This document shows, one piece after another, positions 37,969-48,452 of a stretch of DNA of 64,000 nt. Each line of letters opens with the position of its first letter. Positions within the stretch are counted from its first letter, which is position 1. Below the pieces are notes generated by a model. It saw only the letters and a program-made list of their open reading frames with translations. It ran no database searches and was not told the DNA's origin. Origin of the DNA: a virus; IMG/VR virus record IMGVR_UViG_3300039098_000071, positions 5,560 to 69,559 of that record; one strand, 5' to 3'. A program made the translations under genes and the position numbers.

Positions 37969-40335
37969 CTAAATGAGTTTTAATTGCCGTTCGCAATTGT
38001 CAACGATGGTTTGTTCCACTTTGCCGCTTGTCACTGTTCGTAGGTGCAAATCAGCATATTCTTTCAAATTCGCTGACGATGTCACAAACCACCATTTATC
38101 AATTCGAGCAGACAGATCTAACCGTTCGGTCTTGTCCATGACGTCTGATCGATTATTCTTTCCCGTTTCGTACTCAAAACCAATTACGTAGCTATTAGGC
38201 AGCTCCATCATAACGTCACAATCCATGCCGTTGTCATTGATCGTGGTCTTCAGTCCCTTCAACTTGCCGATCTCAGCGATTAAATGCGTCATGATGAAAT
38301 GCTCGGGTGATTGATTACTCGGAAGATTCCTGATCATGAAGTCGGCAGTTCCACGCCCAATAATCTTCGAGCCATTGACCCGAGTATACGCTCCACCAAC
38401 GAGCTGTGGATCCGTCAGGTGCTCGATCTGCGAGTGTGTCAGATCCCGGCATCGATGAATGTCTTTCGACATATCCATAGGAGCCGACGCGTCCACGTTC
38501 ACACCATTTGCAGATGCTTCGATGAGTTTCTTTTCGATCTGCGCGGGAGGTGTCTTAAATTTCATCGCGTTCTTTCCCGAGATTAGGTATCCTTCACCAC
38601 GTTCGAGTCCCGGTAGGTCTGCCGCTTGCGCCATAGTAAGTCCCATCATCGATCCTAACTGCTTCGAGTATGCCGTGGCGATGCGCATAACGATCGTTAG
38701 AGCGACGTTGTTGATGATCGCTTCGTCAACACCGCTCTTCATCACATCGGCGAGGTCCTGTGTGACCAAGATCAATCCCATCTTCTTGAATCTGCACGTT
38801 TTGATGATGTTATGCACGTGGATCGAGTTGGATGCAAGGATCGCCCATGCCTCGTCTATCACAACACTTCGGAAGCCTCGGTCAGATTCAGACATGTACT
38901 CATACAGTGAACTCATGAGCATGTACATTACCGCATTCTGCACGTCAGCCGGAACATTTGATATGTCATAATTGATCAATTTGCCATCGAATTTTATCGA
39001 AGTCTGCCCGTTGAAAAACGACTCGTACGTTCCACCGTCGGCAAAACGCTTGACCTTTGATGCCAGTGCCATGGCAGCAACACGATCAGACTGAATGATA
39101 TCGAATTCCGTTTTGATGCGTCCGTTAATGTATGACGCCAAAACCTCATAAAACTCTCCGATCGTCGGCATTTCTTTGTTCCAAGTACTCCGATCATTTG
39201 TAATCCCTTTAGTCTCATAGAGAACGTTTATGCAAGTATCGAGAATTGACTTGCCTGCGTCCGTAACTCCGCCCGTAAGCATCTCGAAAAATGCTGGCAA
39301 ACTCTGTTTCCTTACTGATAGCGAAGACCGCCCGAGGTCAAACGGATTCATCGTGGTAGGCGATCCTTCCTGTATGATAATGTTCTCTCCATTGAACTCA
39401 GCAACCAATCCGGAGTACTCGCCCTTCGGATCGATGATGATAACATCTTTCCCAGTTTCCAAGTCACGCATGATAAACAACGAGATCATGAATGACTTAC
39501 CAGAACCAGACGATGCAAACACCGCCATATTATAATTCATCATCGATGAATCGAACCTGTTTATGTGAATCGGCATGCCAGATGCATGCTCCCAGATCAC
39601 AGTCTCCGCCGTTGGATTCGTGTCAATCCGTGCCCTACCAGGGAGTGCTATCGTCATGGCTGCGCTGGTCGTGTCCATGTGTCTGGCAGTCTCCAGATCA
39701 TCGATGCCTACAGGCATCATCGACATGTGTCCTCTTGTGTTTCGGTATACCATCCGTTCCGGCTTGATCATTATTCCTTGCAGCGCCGACCACAACGACG
39801 CCACATTTGTCTCGAGCACTCGCTCATCATCTGCATGCACACTAAAATATGTAGCAAAGTCAAACATGCGCTCCTCACCGCGCTGGATCGATGCAAGTCG
39901 TTTCGTCAACGAGCCGAGCTGCGAAGCCTCCGATAAGGACAGTTCCTTCTTTTCAATGCGAGCGAGTTCCTGGCTGGTCTTCAATTTATCGATCGATTTC
40001 TCGATCTTCTTCATCGCGACGTCATTGTCGATAGGCGAGATGTGCTGTGAGAAGTCTACCCTCCCTGATGCATCGTTAATCAGGTGATACATCCAGTTTG
40101 GTTTCATCGTTCCGGGAATCCCCACCATGGCAAGGATCGAATGCTTCTCATCACCGATCTGAATATGATCGGGCTCATCGACCACCACGGTTGGCGTGAT
40201 CAATCGTTTCAGCATCGAAGCATCCCCGGTCACGTCCATGTCGATGTTCGTTGGCACGCTCGGGGTACGCAACTTGCGCACGATAACAGAGTTTCCTTTC
40301 AGGAAATACCGTTTTAAAGACGTTAGTTTATTCAT
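37969..40335 (-). CDS. virB4: VirB4-like ATPase with C-terminal PD-(D/E)XK-like domain
   Basis: NMAVFASSGSGKS, IIIDPKGEY, NPFDL, VVIDEAW and LVTQ motifs; N-terminal GEERMF region typical of VirB4; C-terminal H...DCDV...GFEYETG. Confidence 0.85.
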   Translation of the reverse strand: MNKLTSLKRYFLKGNSVIVRKLRTPSVPTNIDMDVTGDASMLKRLITPTVVVDEPDHIQIGDEKHSILAMVGIPGTMKPNWMYHLINDASGRVDFSQHISPIDNDVAMKKIEKSIDKLKTSQELARIEKKELSLSEASQLGSLTKRLASIQRGEERMFDFATYFSVHADDERVLETNVASLWSALQGIMIKPERMVYRNTRGHMSMMPVGIDDLETARHMDTTSAAMTIALPGRARIDTNPTAETVIWEHASGMPIHINRFDSSMMNYNMAVFASSGSGKSFMISLFIMRDLETGKDVIIIDPKGEYSGLVAEFNGENIIIQEGSPTTMNPFDLGRSSLSVRKQSLPAFFEMLTGGVTDAGKSILDTCINVLYETKGITNDRSTWNKEMPTIGEFYEVLASYINGRIKTEFDIIQSDRVAAMALASKVKRFADGGTYESFFNGQTSIKFDGKLINYDISNVPADVQNAVMYMLMSSLYEYMSESDRGFRSVVIDEAWAILASNSIHVHNIIKTCRFKKMGLILVTQDLADVMKSGVDEAIINNVALTIVMRIATAYSKQLGSMMGLTMAQAADLPGLERGEGYLISGKNAMKFKTPPAQIEKKLIEASANGVNVDASAPMDMSKDIHRCRDLTHSQIEHLTDPQLVGGAYTRVNGSKIIGRGTADFMIRNLPSNQSPEHFIMTHLIAEIGKLKGLKTTINDNGMDCDVMMELPNSYVIGFEYETGKNNRSDVMDKTERLDLSARIDKWWFVTSSANLKEYADLHLRTVTSGKVEQTIVDNCERQLKLI

Positions 40336-41179
40336 TCTTAACCTCCACTGCATCCGATAGATAATCGATTCCTTTCCTTCCTATTCCTGTCGTAACCATC
40401 ATGAGCATCGTTGCCAGGTCTGACTTTTGGAGACGTTCGGAAATCACGCCTGATCTCATCAGGTTTTTCGTGATCACGGCTGCATGGTCGCCGATGACTT
40501 TCACCGCGTCGTGTGTCTGTGCATCTATAGACAGAATCATGAAATACATTGGTTCCTGCACATTCTCATCTTCACAACGCTTCTTATAATCGTTTAGATG
40601 TGCAACCAAGTATTTCTGATGCTTCTCCGGCATGGCTCGTGCGTTATGTAGCATTGCATCGATGTAATCGGATGTGTTGTATGCAAACGTGTATCTTACG
40701 ATCTGGATCTTACACGGCAGGGCATTCAAAAAGTGCTTGTCCATGTCAATTCTCGTATCCACATCGGCATCGTTGACACGATCAGAGTTCAGTGCAGTCA
40801 TCGATAACGCAACGCACACATTCCCTTCTTTGTTGAGATACCAGCCATCAGCGATGCTGACAGTGCCGGATAGGTCTTTCGCTATCCGATTATGCCGATC
40901 GGCGACGTAAGGAGTGATCGCCCACCTTGCCATCCGGTATGCTTTGATGTCCAACTTTCCGAAGACGATTACTGCAATGAGCGGCACGTAAATTATGATC
41001 GGTATCCGGAACACCATCGACTCCCACGTGAACCCCATACTTACGATCAATTCATACCATTTTATCACGGCAATCGCTGAAATAAGCAATATCAGTCCGT
41101 GCCTCGTTGTTAATCCGAACCACGGTTTTGGCTCGAATTCCAAATCTTCTGGTACATCGTACCCCTGTTTTATATCCAT
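40328..41179 (-). CDS. PrgI/VirB3-like membrane protein with cytoplasmic domain
   Basis: Y.VP.DL..E.K..FGLT.RH plus two TM helices, directly upstream of VirB4. Confidence 0.7.
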   Translation of the reverse strand: MDIKQGYDVPEDLEFEPKPWFGLTTRHGLILLISAIAVIKWYELIVSMGFTWESMVFRIPIIIYVPLIAVIVFGKLDIKAYRMARWAITPYVADRHNRIAKDLSGTVSIADGWYLNKEGNVCVALSMTALNSDRVNDADVDTRIDMDKHFLNALPCKIQIVRYTFAYNTSDYIDAMLHNARAMPEKHQKYLVAHLNDYKKRCEDENVQEPMYFMILSIDAQTHDAVKVIGDHAAVITKNLMRSGVISERLQKSDLATMLMMVTTGIGRKGIDYLSDAVEVKNE

Positions 41180-41181
41180 TA

Positions 41182-42048
41182 TTACACTCCTTTGGCAGCT
41201 ATGTATGTGATCTTCTGAATTGCTGGCGTTGGGTTCCAAATCACGTAGAAAAATACCATGATCGGCGTGAATAATGCGATCAACATCACCGCAAGCCCGG
41301 CAATGTCCCCACCCCACCCAGCGACCGGGGTCGAGCTATGTGTGATACATGCTGCACCGATCCGCCAGATCGTCGCTATTGCAAACCCTAAAAATATGTT
41401 GATTGTGATTATCAAGAGCAGAAACACGCCGTGCCTCGCTGTCTTCTCAAACGTCCACAGCAACCAGGCATACACCCACACAATACACGAGATGTAGATC
41501 AAGTGGAACCGGACCAAATAGAATATCCCTTCTGCAAAGATTCCGATCGTATAAGCAATCACCATGACTGCACCAAAAGGTGATGTGACACCTGCCGCCA
41601 TCAGGTCTCGAGCCACATGCACAGGCGCTACGATAAATGACATTTCCTGATTGATCAGCAACAACAACATGATTAGGGACAGCCCCTGCGCAATCATGAA
41701 AGTAGATATGATTGATCGTTTCAACAGATTAATCATGCCAGCCTCGTTATCTCCGAAGTCCGCCCCAAACTGCTTCAGGACATACCCAATGAGAGTGGCA
41801 AGCAATAATATCTTGAAAAGATCGAATGCTATCCACGAGTGTTCAGCGTACATCTGTGTTAACCAGCCTTGACTCATAACGTCAGGCGATACGACTGCCA
41901 CGCTTTCGATGAAGTCTATTGCCGAGCCACCCTCGACCGTTGCCTGCATCGTCTGATTCGTTGCGTTCAGATCGGCTCCAGTAAATCCGACCGATTTCTG
42001 CGCAATCGATGTGAATTCTTGATCCAGATCAACTAAATTGTAAAACAT
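41182..42048 (-). CDS. VirB6-like polytopic membrane protein
   Basis: About six hydrophobic helices; FYLVR...IY...IVW..AW..W.F pattern; operon context. Confidence 0.6.
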   Translation of the reverse strand: MFYNLVDLDQEFTSIAQKSVGFTGADLNATNQTMQATVEGGSAIDFIESVAVVSPDVMSQGWLTQMYAEHSWIAFDLFKILLLATLIGYVLKQFGADFGDNEAGMINLLKRSIISTFMIAQGLSLIMLLLLINQEMSFIVAPVHVARDLMAAGVTSPFGAVMVIAYTIGIFAEGIFYLVRFHLIYISCIVWVYAWLLWTFEKTARHGVFLLLIITINIFLGFAIATIWRIGAACITHSSTPVAGWGGDIAGLAVMLIALFTPIMVFFYVIWNPTPAIQKITYIAAKGV

Positions 42049-43053
42049 TTATTTAAGCAACCCCATTACAAGGAAATATAAAACAATACAGATCACGAGA
42101 ATGTTGAAAAACTCCACTGGTGTCTCCCTCGGATCTGCCTCTTCTTCTTCGGCATGCACAATGACCACGTCGGCATCGATTGCATCAAAAGGGGTATGCA
42201 ATTTCACCGACACATCGGTGATTGGTTCACGTGACGCAAACAGGTTTCTGCCGCATGGTGCCAGTCCATTACTGTCTTCGTACACATGCTTGCGCAGTTC
42301 CATCCATTCAAACCCGTCGGAGGTGTTTCGCAACAGATGGTAGGCGTGTTTCATGTATTCCCCGGCGTTCGTTGCGATACTGATTCCCGTCACATTTGCC
42401 GGTATACTTACCTCCAACAAATACACTCTGCCAGAACAATTAGTGATCGTCGCATGCACAACATGATCGGGCACCACCCATTTCATGAACGACATCCGAT
42501 CAGATAAACGAGTCGTTGCACTTTGCTGATTGTCCTTACACTCGCACTTAACCGTCACGTCATTCGTAACCACGCACGCATTACCGTGCACAGAAACCGA
42601 TTGTTGATTGGTTACTTCGTATGTGATCCAGTGTTTCGTCCTAAATCCTTTGTACCCACAGTATCCCGTCGTGTAATACACTTCTGTCGGGTCATCGGTG
42701 TATACCACACCATTCTCATCGATGAGGGTATGCTTAAACCCATGGATGCAAACATATCCCCACGAAACATCATCAGCGCGCCCACCGACATCAACAAACC
42801 GGGTGCTGCTCAGGAGTCCCCAAGTGGCAGGATCCCACATAACAGCCTGGTTCAGGTCACCACGGTGGAAACGATAGAAATATGAACGTAGAGATTTATC
42901 TGGGGAATTTGATATCCCACTCCAGTCGCCACAGTCGCTCACGTTTTCGTCGATTGCATGCAGGGCATCGGTGTATCCGGCAACTGCGACCGACGATGTC
43001 ATGAGCATCATCACAATCACAACGATTTGATGGATGATACGATCCATAGACAT
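42049..43053 (-). CDS. secreted, C-terminally membrane-anchored protein of the transfer operon
   Basis: Signal peptide (..SSVAVA), beta-rich body, C-terminal TM helix. Confidence 0.65.
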   Translation of the reverse strand: MSMDRIIHQIVVIVMMLMTSSVAVAGYTDALHAIDENVSDCGDWSGISNSPDKSLRSYFYRFHRGDLNQAVMWDPATWGLLSSTRFVDVGGRADDVSWGYVCIHGFKHTLIDENGVVYTDDPTEVYYTTGYCGYKGFRTKHWITYEVTNQQSVSVHGNACVVTNDVTVKCECKDNQQSATTRLSDRMSFMKWVVPDHVVHATITNCSGRVYLLEVSIPANVTGISIATNAGEYMKHAYHLLRNTSDGFEWMELRKHVYEDSNGLAPCGRNLFASREPITDVSVKLHTPFDAIDADVVIVHAEEEEADPRETPVEFFNILVICIVLYFLVMGLLK

Positions 43054-43331
43054 AGATACAATGCCGCCACGGCTTTCATGACGTCAATTACTTTCTTTTG
43101 TCCGTTCGCACTCAGTGCAGACCCACCGACCGCTATGCATATAACGCCGACCAACAGCCCGATCGGGACGACGTACCAAAACACGTCTGATAATAGGTCA
43201 ACCACCCACTCAAGCATGTCGTCGGCAGATTTACCCGTCTCATCGAGCGGATTCTTTGCAGCCGCCACTGTACTCACACACAGCAACAGCAAGAACACAG
43301 AGAGTGTGGTGTGTTTGTTTATGTTCATCAT
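43017..43331 (-). CDS. VirB2/TrbC-like pilin
   Basis: 104 aa: signal peptide (..TVAAA) and two hydrophobic helices separated by a GQKK loop. Confidence 0.55.
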   Translation of the reverse strand: MMNINKHTTLSVFLLLLCVSTVAAAKNPLDETGKSADDMLEWVVDLLSDVFWYVVPIGLLVGVICIAVGGSALSANGQKKVIDVMKAVAALYLCLWIVSSIKSL

Positions 43332-43513
43332 TCCCCCATATCAAGTCCAGCAATCATAACAAGCAATGTAACCGGAAGACCGGCATACCTCTCTGGTGAT
43401 ATCTTCAAATCTTCGAGCAGAGCCTTCAATCCCACTCTGCCGTCATTCTGCACGCGTGTCGTAACGAATCTCCACGCATCTGTTCCCTGGTCAATCTGTA
43501 TATTACAATTCAT
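43328..43513 (-). CDS. AbrB-like small regulator heading the transfer operon
   Basis: TTRVQNDGRVGL...YAG..VTLLV; TTTTTTATA box about 25 nt upstream. Confidence 0.55.
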   Translation of the reverse strand: MNCNIQIDQGTDAWRFVTTRVQNDGRVGLKALLEDLKISPERYAGLPVTLLVMIAGLDMGE

Positions 43514-43599
43514 GTATGTCTGCATTTGTCGCCCATAGTATAAAAAAGTATCGCCACGGCTCATGGCAACAACACACGACACATACAGACACATTGCGC

Positions 43600-44040
43600 C
43601 TAATGCATCAACCAGCGGATTGGCGTCTTTGTGAAGAGATGGTCCTCGATGAGGTGGAGTAAGTACCCAACAAAGAACCCGAGCGTGGCAACCCCCGCCA
43701 CGTCCTGCGTGGTGAACAGCCACGTAAAATGATAAACTACGATCATCGACCAACAAAGCCCATACAGCGAGTGCATGACACCTCTGTGCCCCTTGCCAAA
43801 AATCATCGCGAGTGGAGCATAGCCGAAAAGCCAGTACAATCTCCAGAAGCCAAAGAAGTGCCATGACTTGATGATAGCACGCCTTGAGTCGATGTCTGGA
43901 GCAATTGATCCGACAGAACAGAAAAAAATAAACAACGCACAGGACATCACTGTGAATATTGATGGCTGACGCATAAACAATGCCGCCGCTATCAATACGC
44001 CAATCGAAGACGATATCAACAGATGTGATGTCCCGTGCAT
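43600..44040 (-). CDS. membrane-bound metal-dependent hydrolase (YdjM-like)
   Basis: SH...GSIAPDID...HRGVMHSL...GYLLHLIED. Confidence 0.85.
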   Translation of the reverse strand: MHGTSHLLISSSIGVLIAAALFMRQPSIFTVMSCALFIFFCSVGSIAPDIDSRRAIIKSWHFFGFWRLYWLFGYAPLAMIFGKGHRGVMHSLYGLCWSMIVVYHFTWLFTTQDVAGVATLGFFVGYLLHLIEDHLFTKTPIRWLMH

Positions 44041-44785
44041 GAGAATCTACCGATCAATCTCTTCTATCTGCTGCAGGATGAAATCCGTTGACAAACATTC
44101 CGGGTCTTCTGCAACATCACCGGCATGCTCGATAAGAATGTCGCACACGTCGCCACGCATACGCACCTTTTCTCTACGCTGTCTCTGCCGCTCTGCAAGC
44201 TCATCTCTGTGTTTGGAATAGTAATCCCTACACCTATTGTTTATCTGCTCTCTGTTGCGCTCGTAGTAGCGCCTATCAGCATACAATCGTGATAGTGATA
44301 CCATGTCATATCACCGCCTTCAACCAGCGTCGTTCACAAACCCCGACCGGAGACATGCGATGAACGTCCCCGAACGGGTCGATGAGTGGTGATGATGTGC
44401 ATCGTCGCATGTACACACCACCCGAGCCAACCTGAACCAATCCACCTTTTGTTATGTGCCCGGATGCAGTGAATGTTGTACTCATCCTTCCACCTTCCGC
44501 CAGTTGCACTCAACTGCGCCACCACATACCGGGCACCGTCGCGGATGCCCAGCAATGCGCGGGAGTTCCAGTTTGCATTCTCCAACAAACGGATACTCAC
44601 CAGAACAATCATTGCAAATATATTTAGTCATTCTCATTACCTCATCAAGAACGTGTCCACATATTTTTTCTTGTATCTGCCTGCCACAATCGCGTCGTCG
44701 AGCCCGTAAAGATATTCCCGCAGCTCGGTAATGTCACACTTATCTTCGATGGCGCTTTGTGTGTAATATGCATCGGTGATTGCCA

Positions 44786-45145
44786 TCACTCCACCTCCTC
44801 AAGATATTCATCAACAGTCATAACCGGTGTTTCCTCAAGGTCCAGCAGCGCATTCATCAATCCATCGTGCAAATGGTCGATGTCATGCAGATCCACAGCA
44901 TCGATGAACCCCTGTATTGCTCGATCCTTCGTAACACATCTCTTTGAGTGTGTCAACGTTAGTCCAGTCGTCCGCTCGGTCGCCACCCACATCTCATCAT
45001 CGAAAAGTGGATGTTGGTGCACGATGAATCTGATTCCCTTGTGCTCGTGCTCATCGATGTCTGTGTAGTCTGGGATCAGCACAGCGATGTCTTTTATCAT
45101 GTCTCCTGTCGTTTGCAGGGACATGAACGGTTCGTTTGGTCTCAT
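44786..45145 (-). CDS. hypothetical protein, paralog of the C-terminal domain of 45142..45894
   Basis: H.GI.F.VH....DE.WVATER.TG. Confidence 0.65.
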   Translation of the reverse strand: MRPNEPFMSLQTTGDMIKDIAVLIPDYTDIDEHEHKGIRFIVHQHPLFDDEMWVATERTTGLTLTHSKRCVTKDRAIQGFIDAVDLHDIDHLHDGLMNALLDLEETPVMTVDEYLEEVE

Positions 45146-45894
45146 TTCTTCTCCTTACGCAAATTGTTATATTCATCGATCGATATCATTTTCGCTGCTT
45201 CAACCCGAGGGACAGCAGACATAATCGCATGGCATGTACTTAACACACCCTTCTCATCGACCATGTCTCTGAATGCGGCACTTGCTCGGATCGGATCTGG
45301 AAATCTTACGCCGAATGGGACGGTACCACCTGATATGCGCTCTGTTGCAACCCATTTCTCGCGATCGTGAAACACATCTCGATGAATCAGATACTTAATA
45401 CCACGGTATACGTGGGATGTCATGTCAAGCCCATGCTCAAGCTCGATGACATGCGCGTCGATGTTACCCGATACAAACATGGTATCGACATCAATTTTTC
45501 TCATTTCACGCAAGTATTCCTTGGTTGCAGCCGCCTCGTATGATGCAACGTCTGGATACGTGGTGTCTCCAAACGCCTCTCCATCATACGTAACGTCTTG
45601 ATACACGGTGTCTCCACCCGTCTCGTCGTCGTCGATGATGACCCGTTTCTCTTCGTATGTCCATCCGGACACATCACTGTCGAAATCATACCACACATCA
45701 CAAACTATGCCGACCAAGCCACTCAGTGGCTCCGCTGGCATGTCTATCTTCGTGTCTGGTGCATTCATCATTTCTTGGATCTCAGCGATGTCTTCCGGTC
45801 CAACGGGACCATATACGCCACAAATGATCACACCGTCCGGGTGTCCGTCGCCGTGGTCTCGCCACACGGTCACTGAAATGTTTTCTTGTATCAT
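45142..45894 (-). CDS. two-domain hypothetical protein
   Basis: N-domain similar to 51363..51707, C-domain similar to 44786..45145. Confidence 0.65.
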   Translation of the reverse strand: MIQENISVTVWRDHGDGHPDGVIICGVYGPVGPEDIAEIQEMMNAPDTKIDMPAEPLSGLVGIVCDVWYDFDSDVSGWTYEEKRVIIDDDETGGDTVYQDVTYDGEAFGDTTYPDVASYEAAATKEYLREMRKIDVDTMFVSGNIDAHVIELEHGLDMTSHVYRGIKYLIHRDVFHDREKWVATERISGGTVPFGVRFPDPIRASAAFRDMVDEKGVLSTCHAIMSAVPRVEAAKMISIDEYNNLRKEKK

Positions 45895-46081
45895 GATACC
45901 ACAATTCCGATCGAATCCACAATCTCTTTGATCTCTTCGGATGATATCCCAAGCCCCATCTGGCAATCTTCGCATCCCAATACGTGTTTTTGATATGCAC
46001 CGAAATCATTCGTCCATGCGTCAGTTGCGCACAATTTTTCGTATAGTGCCTCTCCGACCGGGCACAGTATTGTTTCTGTTG

Positions 46082-46531
46082 TCATGATTGCAACTCCGTT
46101 ATCTCCTTATTATCTGGTAGCACAAACTTCCACACCGAAACATGCCGCGTACCTGCCCCGTTAATCTCTCGCTCCCCGGAGATGTGCATAACATGATGCA
46201 CGCGACCGATCGCACCAAGAACGTAGTAATCAAGCTTTCCATCAAACCCTTCTGCGATCTCTTCTGCGGTAAATGTCGTCTTCTGGTGGTCAATGCAATA
46301 ATTGTAGATATGCCGAAGATGCGGCATATACTTGGAATATCCGATGCTGCGGAGCGGATCGTCGAATCGTGCTCCGTAGTGCTCAATGGCTGCCTCTCGC
46401 CCCATCTTGATTGCTTGCGGGCGTTTTATGTACTTTCCGATGTATGCACATCGGAGCGTGTCATATACAATGTTGCCCTTTGTCATGTCGAACTCTTTCA
46501 GACATATCGGGCATGTTTTCTTTTGTGTCAT
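46082..46531 (-). CDS. zinc finger plus putative wHTH protein, family copy 2
   Basis: CPIC..EF, MGREAAIEHYG..FDDPLR, IYNYC. Confidence 0.7.
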   Translation of the reverse strand: MTQKKTCPICLKEFDMTKGNIVYDTLRCAYIGKYIKRPQAIKMGREAAIEHYGARFDDPLRSIGYSKYMPHLRHIYNYCIDHQKTTFTAEEIAEGFDGKLDYYVLGAIGRVHHVMHISGEREINGAGTRHVSVWKFVLPDNKEITELQS

Positions 46532-46813
46532 AATTCCTCCATTCCTATCTTTTACTTACACGTTGTTACTTGCATTGTTCCTGCGGCACCACGTCGTATA
46601 CCTCGACGCCGCCATGGCAGACTGGGTATCCAGTTGGTCTGCTTTTGACAAACGCGATGGTCCCATCACTGCGCATGTCCAAAAACGTGCCGGTATCAAC
46701 GATCCGAGACGTATGTGTATCGAAGTTGATCAGTCTGACCGCCCCATCTGTGATGGCACTGTAATATATGACTTGTCCTGCTTGCAGTAACCTTATGATC
46801 TCTTCTTTGTCGT

Positions 46814-47263
46814 TCATATTTCCTCCATTCCTATCTTGCACTCCCAGATTGTTAACTGTCCCGTCCCTGCCGCGTTCATCTCGGTATGCCTGGTATGATA
46901 GACGGCGCCATGATCCCTTGCTATGTATCCGAGCATCTGCGATGTTATGTTAGTCGGAATACCCTCTACCTGCTCGATTGTGAAGGTCGATCGGTTGTGC
47001 GCGATGCAATAGTCATAGATGCGCCGGATTGCAGCGGCATGCCGGGTGTGCATGACCAGCCTCAGCGGGTCATCAAACATCTCGCCGTATTGCTCGATTG
47101 CCTGCTCCTTGGTCATTGACACTGCAGCGGGTCGGTGTTCGTTCTGTGCCCACCGCAGGGCGATGTATCGGCATCGGTCCGAGCCGTATCTCGTGGTTGC
47201 TGTCTCCGCATCAAACGGCTTTCCGCAGAGGCGGCAGTTCCGATGATATATGATTTTGGTCAT
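46814..47263 (-). CDS. zinc finger plus putative wHTH protein, family copy 3
   Basis: CRLCG.PF, MTKEQAIEQYG..FDDPLR, IYDYC; start MTKII after GGAGG. Confidence 0.7.
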   Translation of the reverse strand: MTKIIYHRNCRLCGKPFDAETATTRYGSDRCRYIALRWAQNEHRPAAVSMTKEQAIEQYGEMFDDPLRLVMHTRHAAAIRRIYDYCIAHNRSTFTIEQVEGIPTNITSQMLGYIARDHGAVYHTRHTEMNAAGTGQLTIWECKIGMEEI

Positions 47264-47475
47264 AGCAATCCTCCGATTATGAGGAGAGATACGCCAATTA
47301 TAATCCACCATCCGATCAACAGCACGAATAGTTCCAATCTGCACCGACGTCGATATGCCTCGATCGTCTGAGTATACAAAACATATATTGCTATCAATAC
47401 GAGACACATCGTCACAACGACAACAAAAACCGCAATCATTGCCATTCCTATCTCGATCATCAAGTTGTTCATGTT

Positions 47476-47865
47476 CTACTCCTCGTGCACTGGTGCAAAT
47501 TGTTTCCGTACGAGGTCAGGCGTTTCATAGATGTTGCTGATCACAGCAACGCCATCATTCACGACGTAACCATACAATCCACGTGCTCCGGTCGTGTCGG
47601 TTGCCTCGAAACATCCGATATCATCCGAGAATACAACCGTCTTAACTCCGGATGTAGTCAGTATAATGTCGCCCTCGTAGATCTCGCGACCGTTGCGATC
47701 GTTGAAGCCGGTATATGGCATCAATTCGTATTCATCGAGATTGTGCGGTAATGTGCCGAGTTCGTCGGTACTAAATTCTACAGCATTCAGCCCGCAGTGG
47801 ATCCCGGAGACCCCGCGCATCTCGCGTATTTCCGGGTCCCATGCTCTGTATTTGTGTGTTGTCAT
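47476..47865 (-). CDS. YopX family protein
   Basis: KYRAWD...LMPYTGFNDRNGREIYEGDI...VISNIYETPDL. Confidence 0.9.
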   Translation of the reverse strand: MTTHKYRAWDPEIREMRGVSGIHCGLNAVEFSTDELGTLPHNLDEYELMPYTGFNDRNGREIYEGDIILTTSGVKTVVFSDDIGCFEATDTTGARGLYGYVVNDGVAVISNIYETPDLVRKQFAPVHEE

Positions 47866-48060
47866 CAGTTCACTCCTCCCGAGATATGGCGGATTGCTTC
47901 CTCAATGCCCACACTCGAGCATACCATACTGTTGCCAGCACCGCAGCAAGTAGTAACGCCTCAATGCGTCCGGTGTCTGCAAACAGCATGCAGCCCATTC
48001 CTATCACAACTGCCATCATGATCTGTTCCCATGTCTTGATTGGTTTCACTTCTTTCATGA

Positions 48061-48450
48061 TTATTCACTCCTTTGCGACGTCGTTTCCGACGCACGTTGC
48101 TCTCGGAACATTTTTGTAAGCATGGCATTGGTCTGCACACTACCATCTGCCATTTGTGCCGGTACAGAACTCGTGAATTCGTCCCACGCAGTTAAAGCCA
48201 CGCGTGCGGTGTTCTTTATCCCACCGTCGATATAATCCATATCAGTGGTGTGGAAATGGAAAACGACACCGAACCCGTTGTGTCCGTGCCAGTCGAACCT
48301 TTCGAACCAAAAGCTGTATCCGTATCTATTACCCCATCCAAGATGGGTTAGCTTGTCGTGTGAGGTCCACCCACGTTCCATCATTTTTATGCGCAGATCA
48401 TTCACATCCATTCTTTCAATGTCGATCTCGTTCATATCGTTTATTGTCAT
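48061..48450 (-). CDS. hypothetical protein
   Basis: 129 aa with GGAGTGA RBS. Confidence 0.6.
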   Translation of the reverse strand: MTINDMNEIDIERMDVNDLRIKMMERGWTSHDKLTHLGWGNRYGYSFWFERFDWHGHNGFGVVFHFHTTDMDYIDGGIKNTARVALTAWDEFTSSVPAQMADGSVQTNAMLTKMFREQRASETTSQRSE

Positions 48451-48452
48451 GA

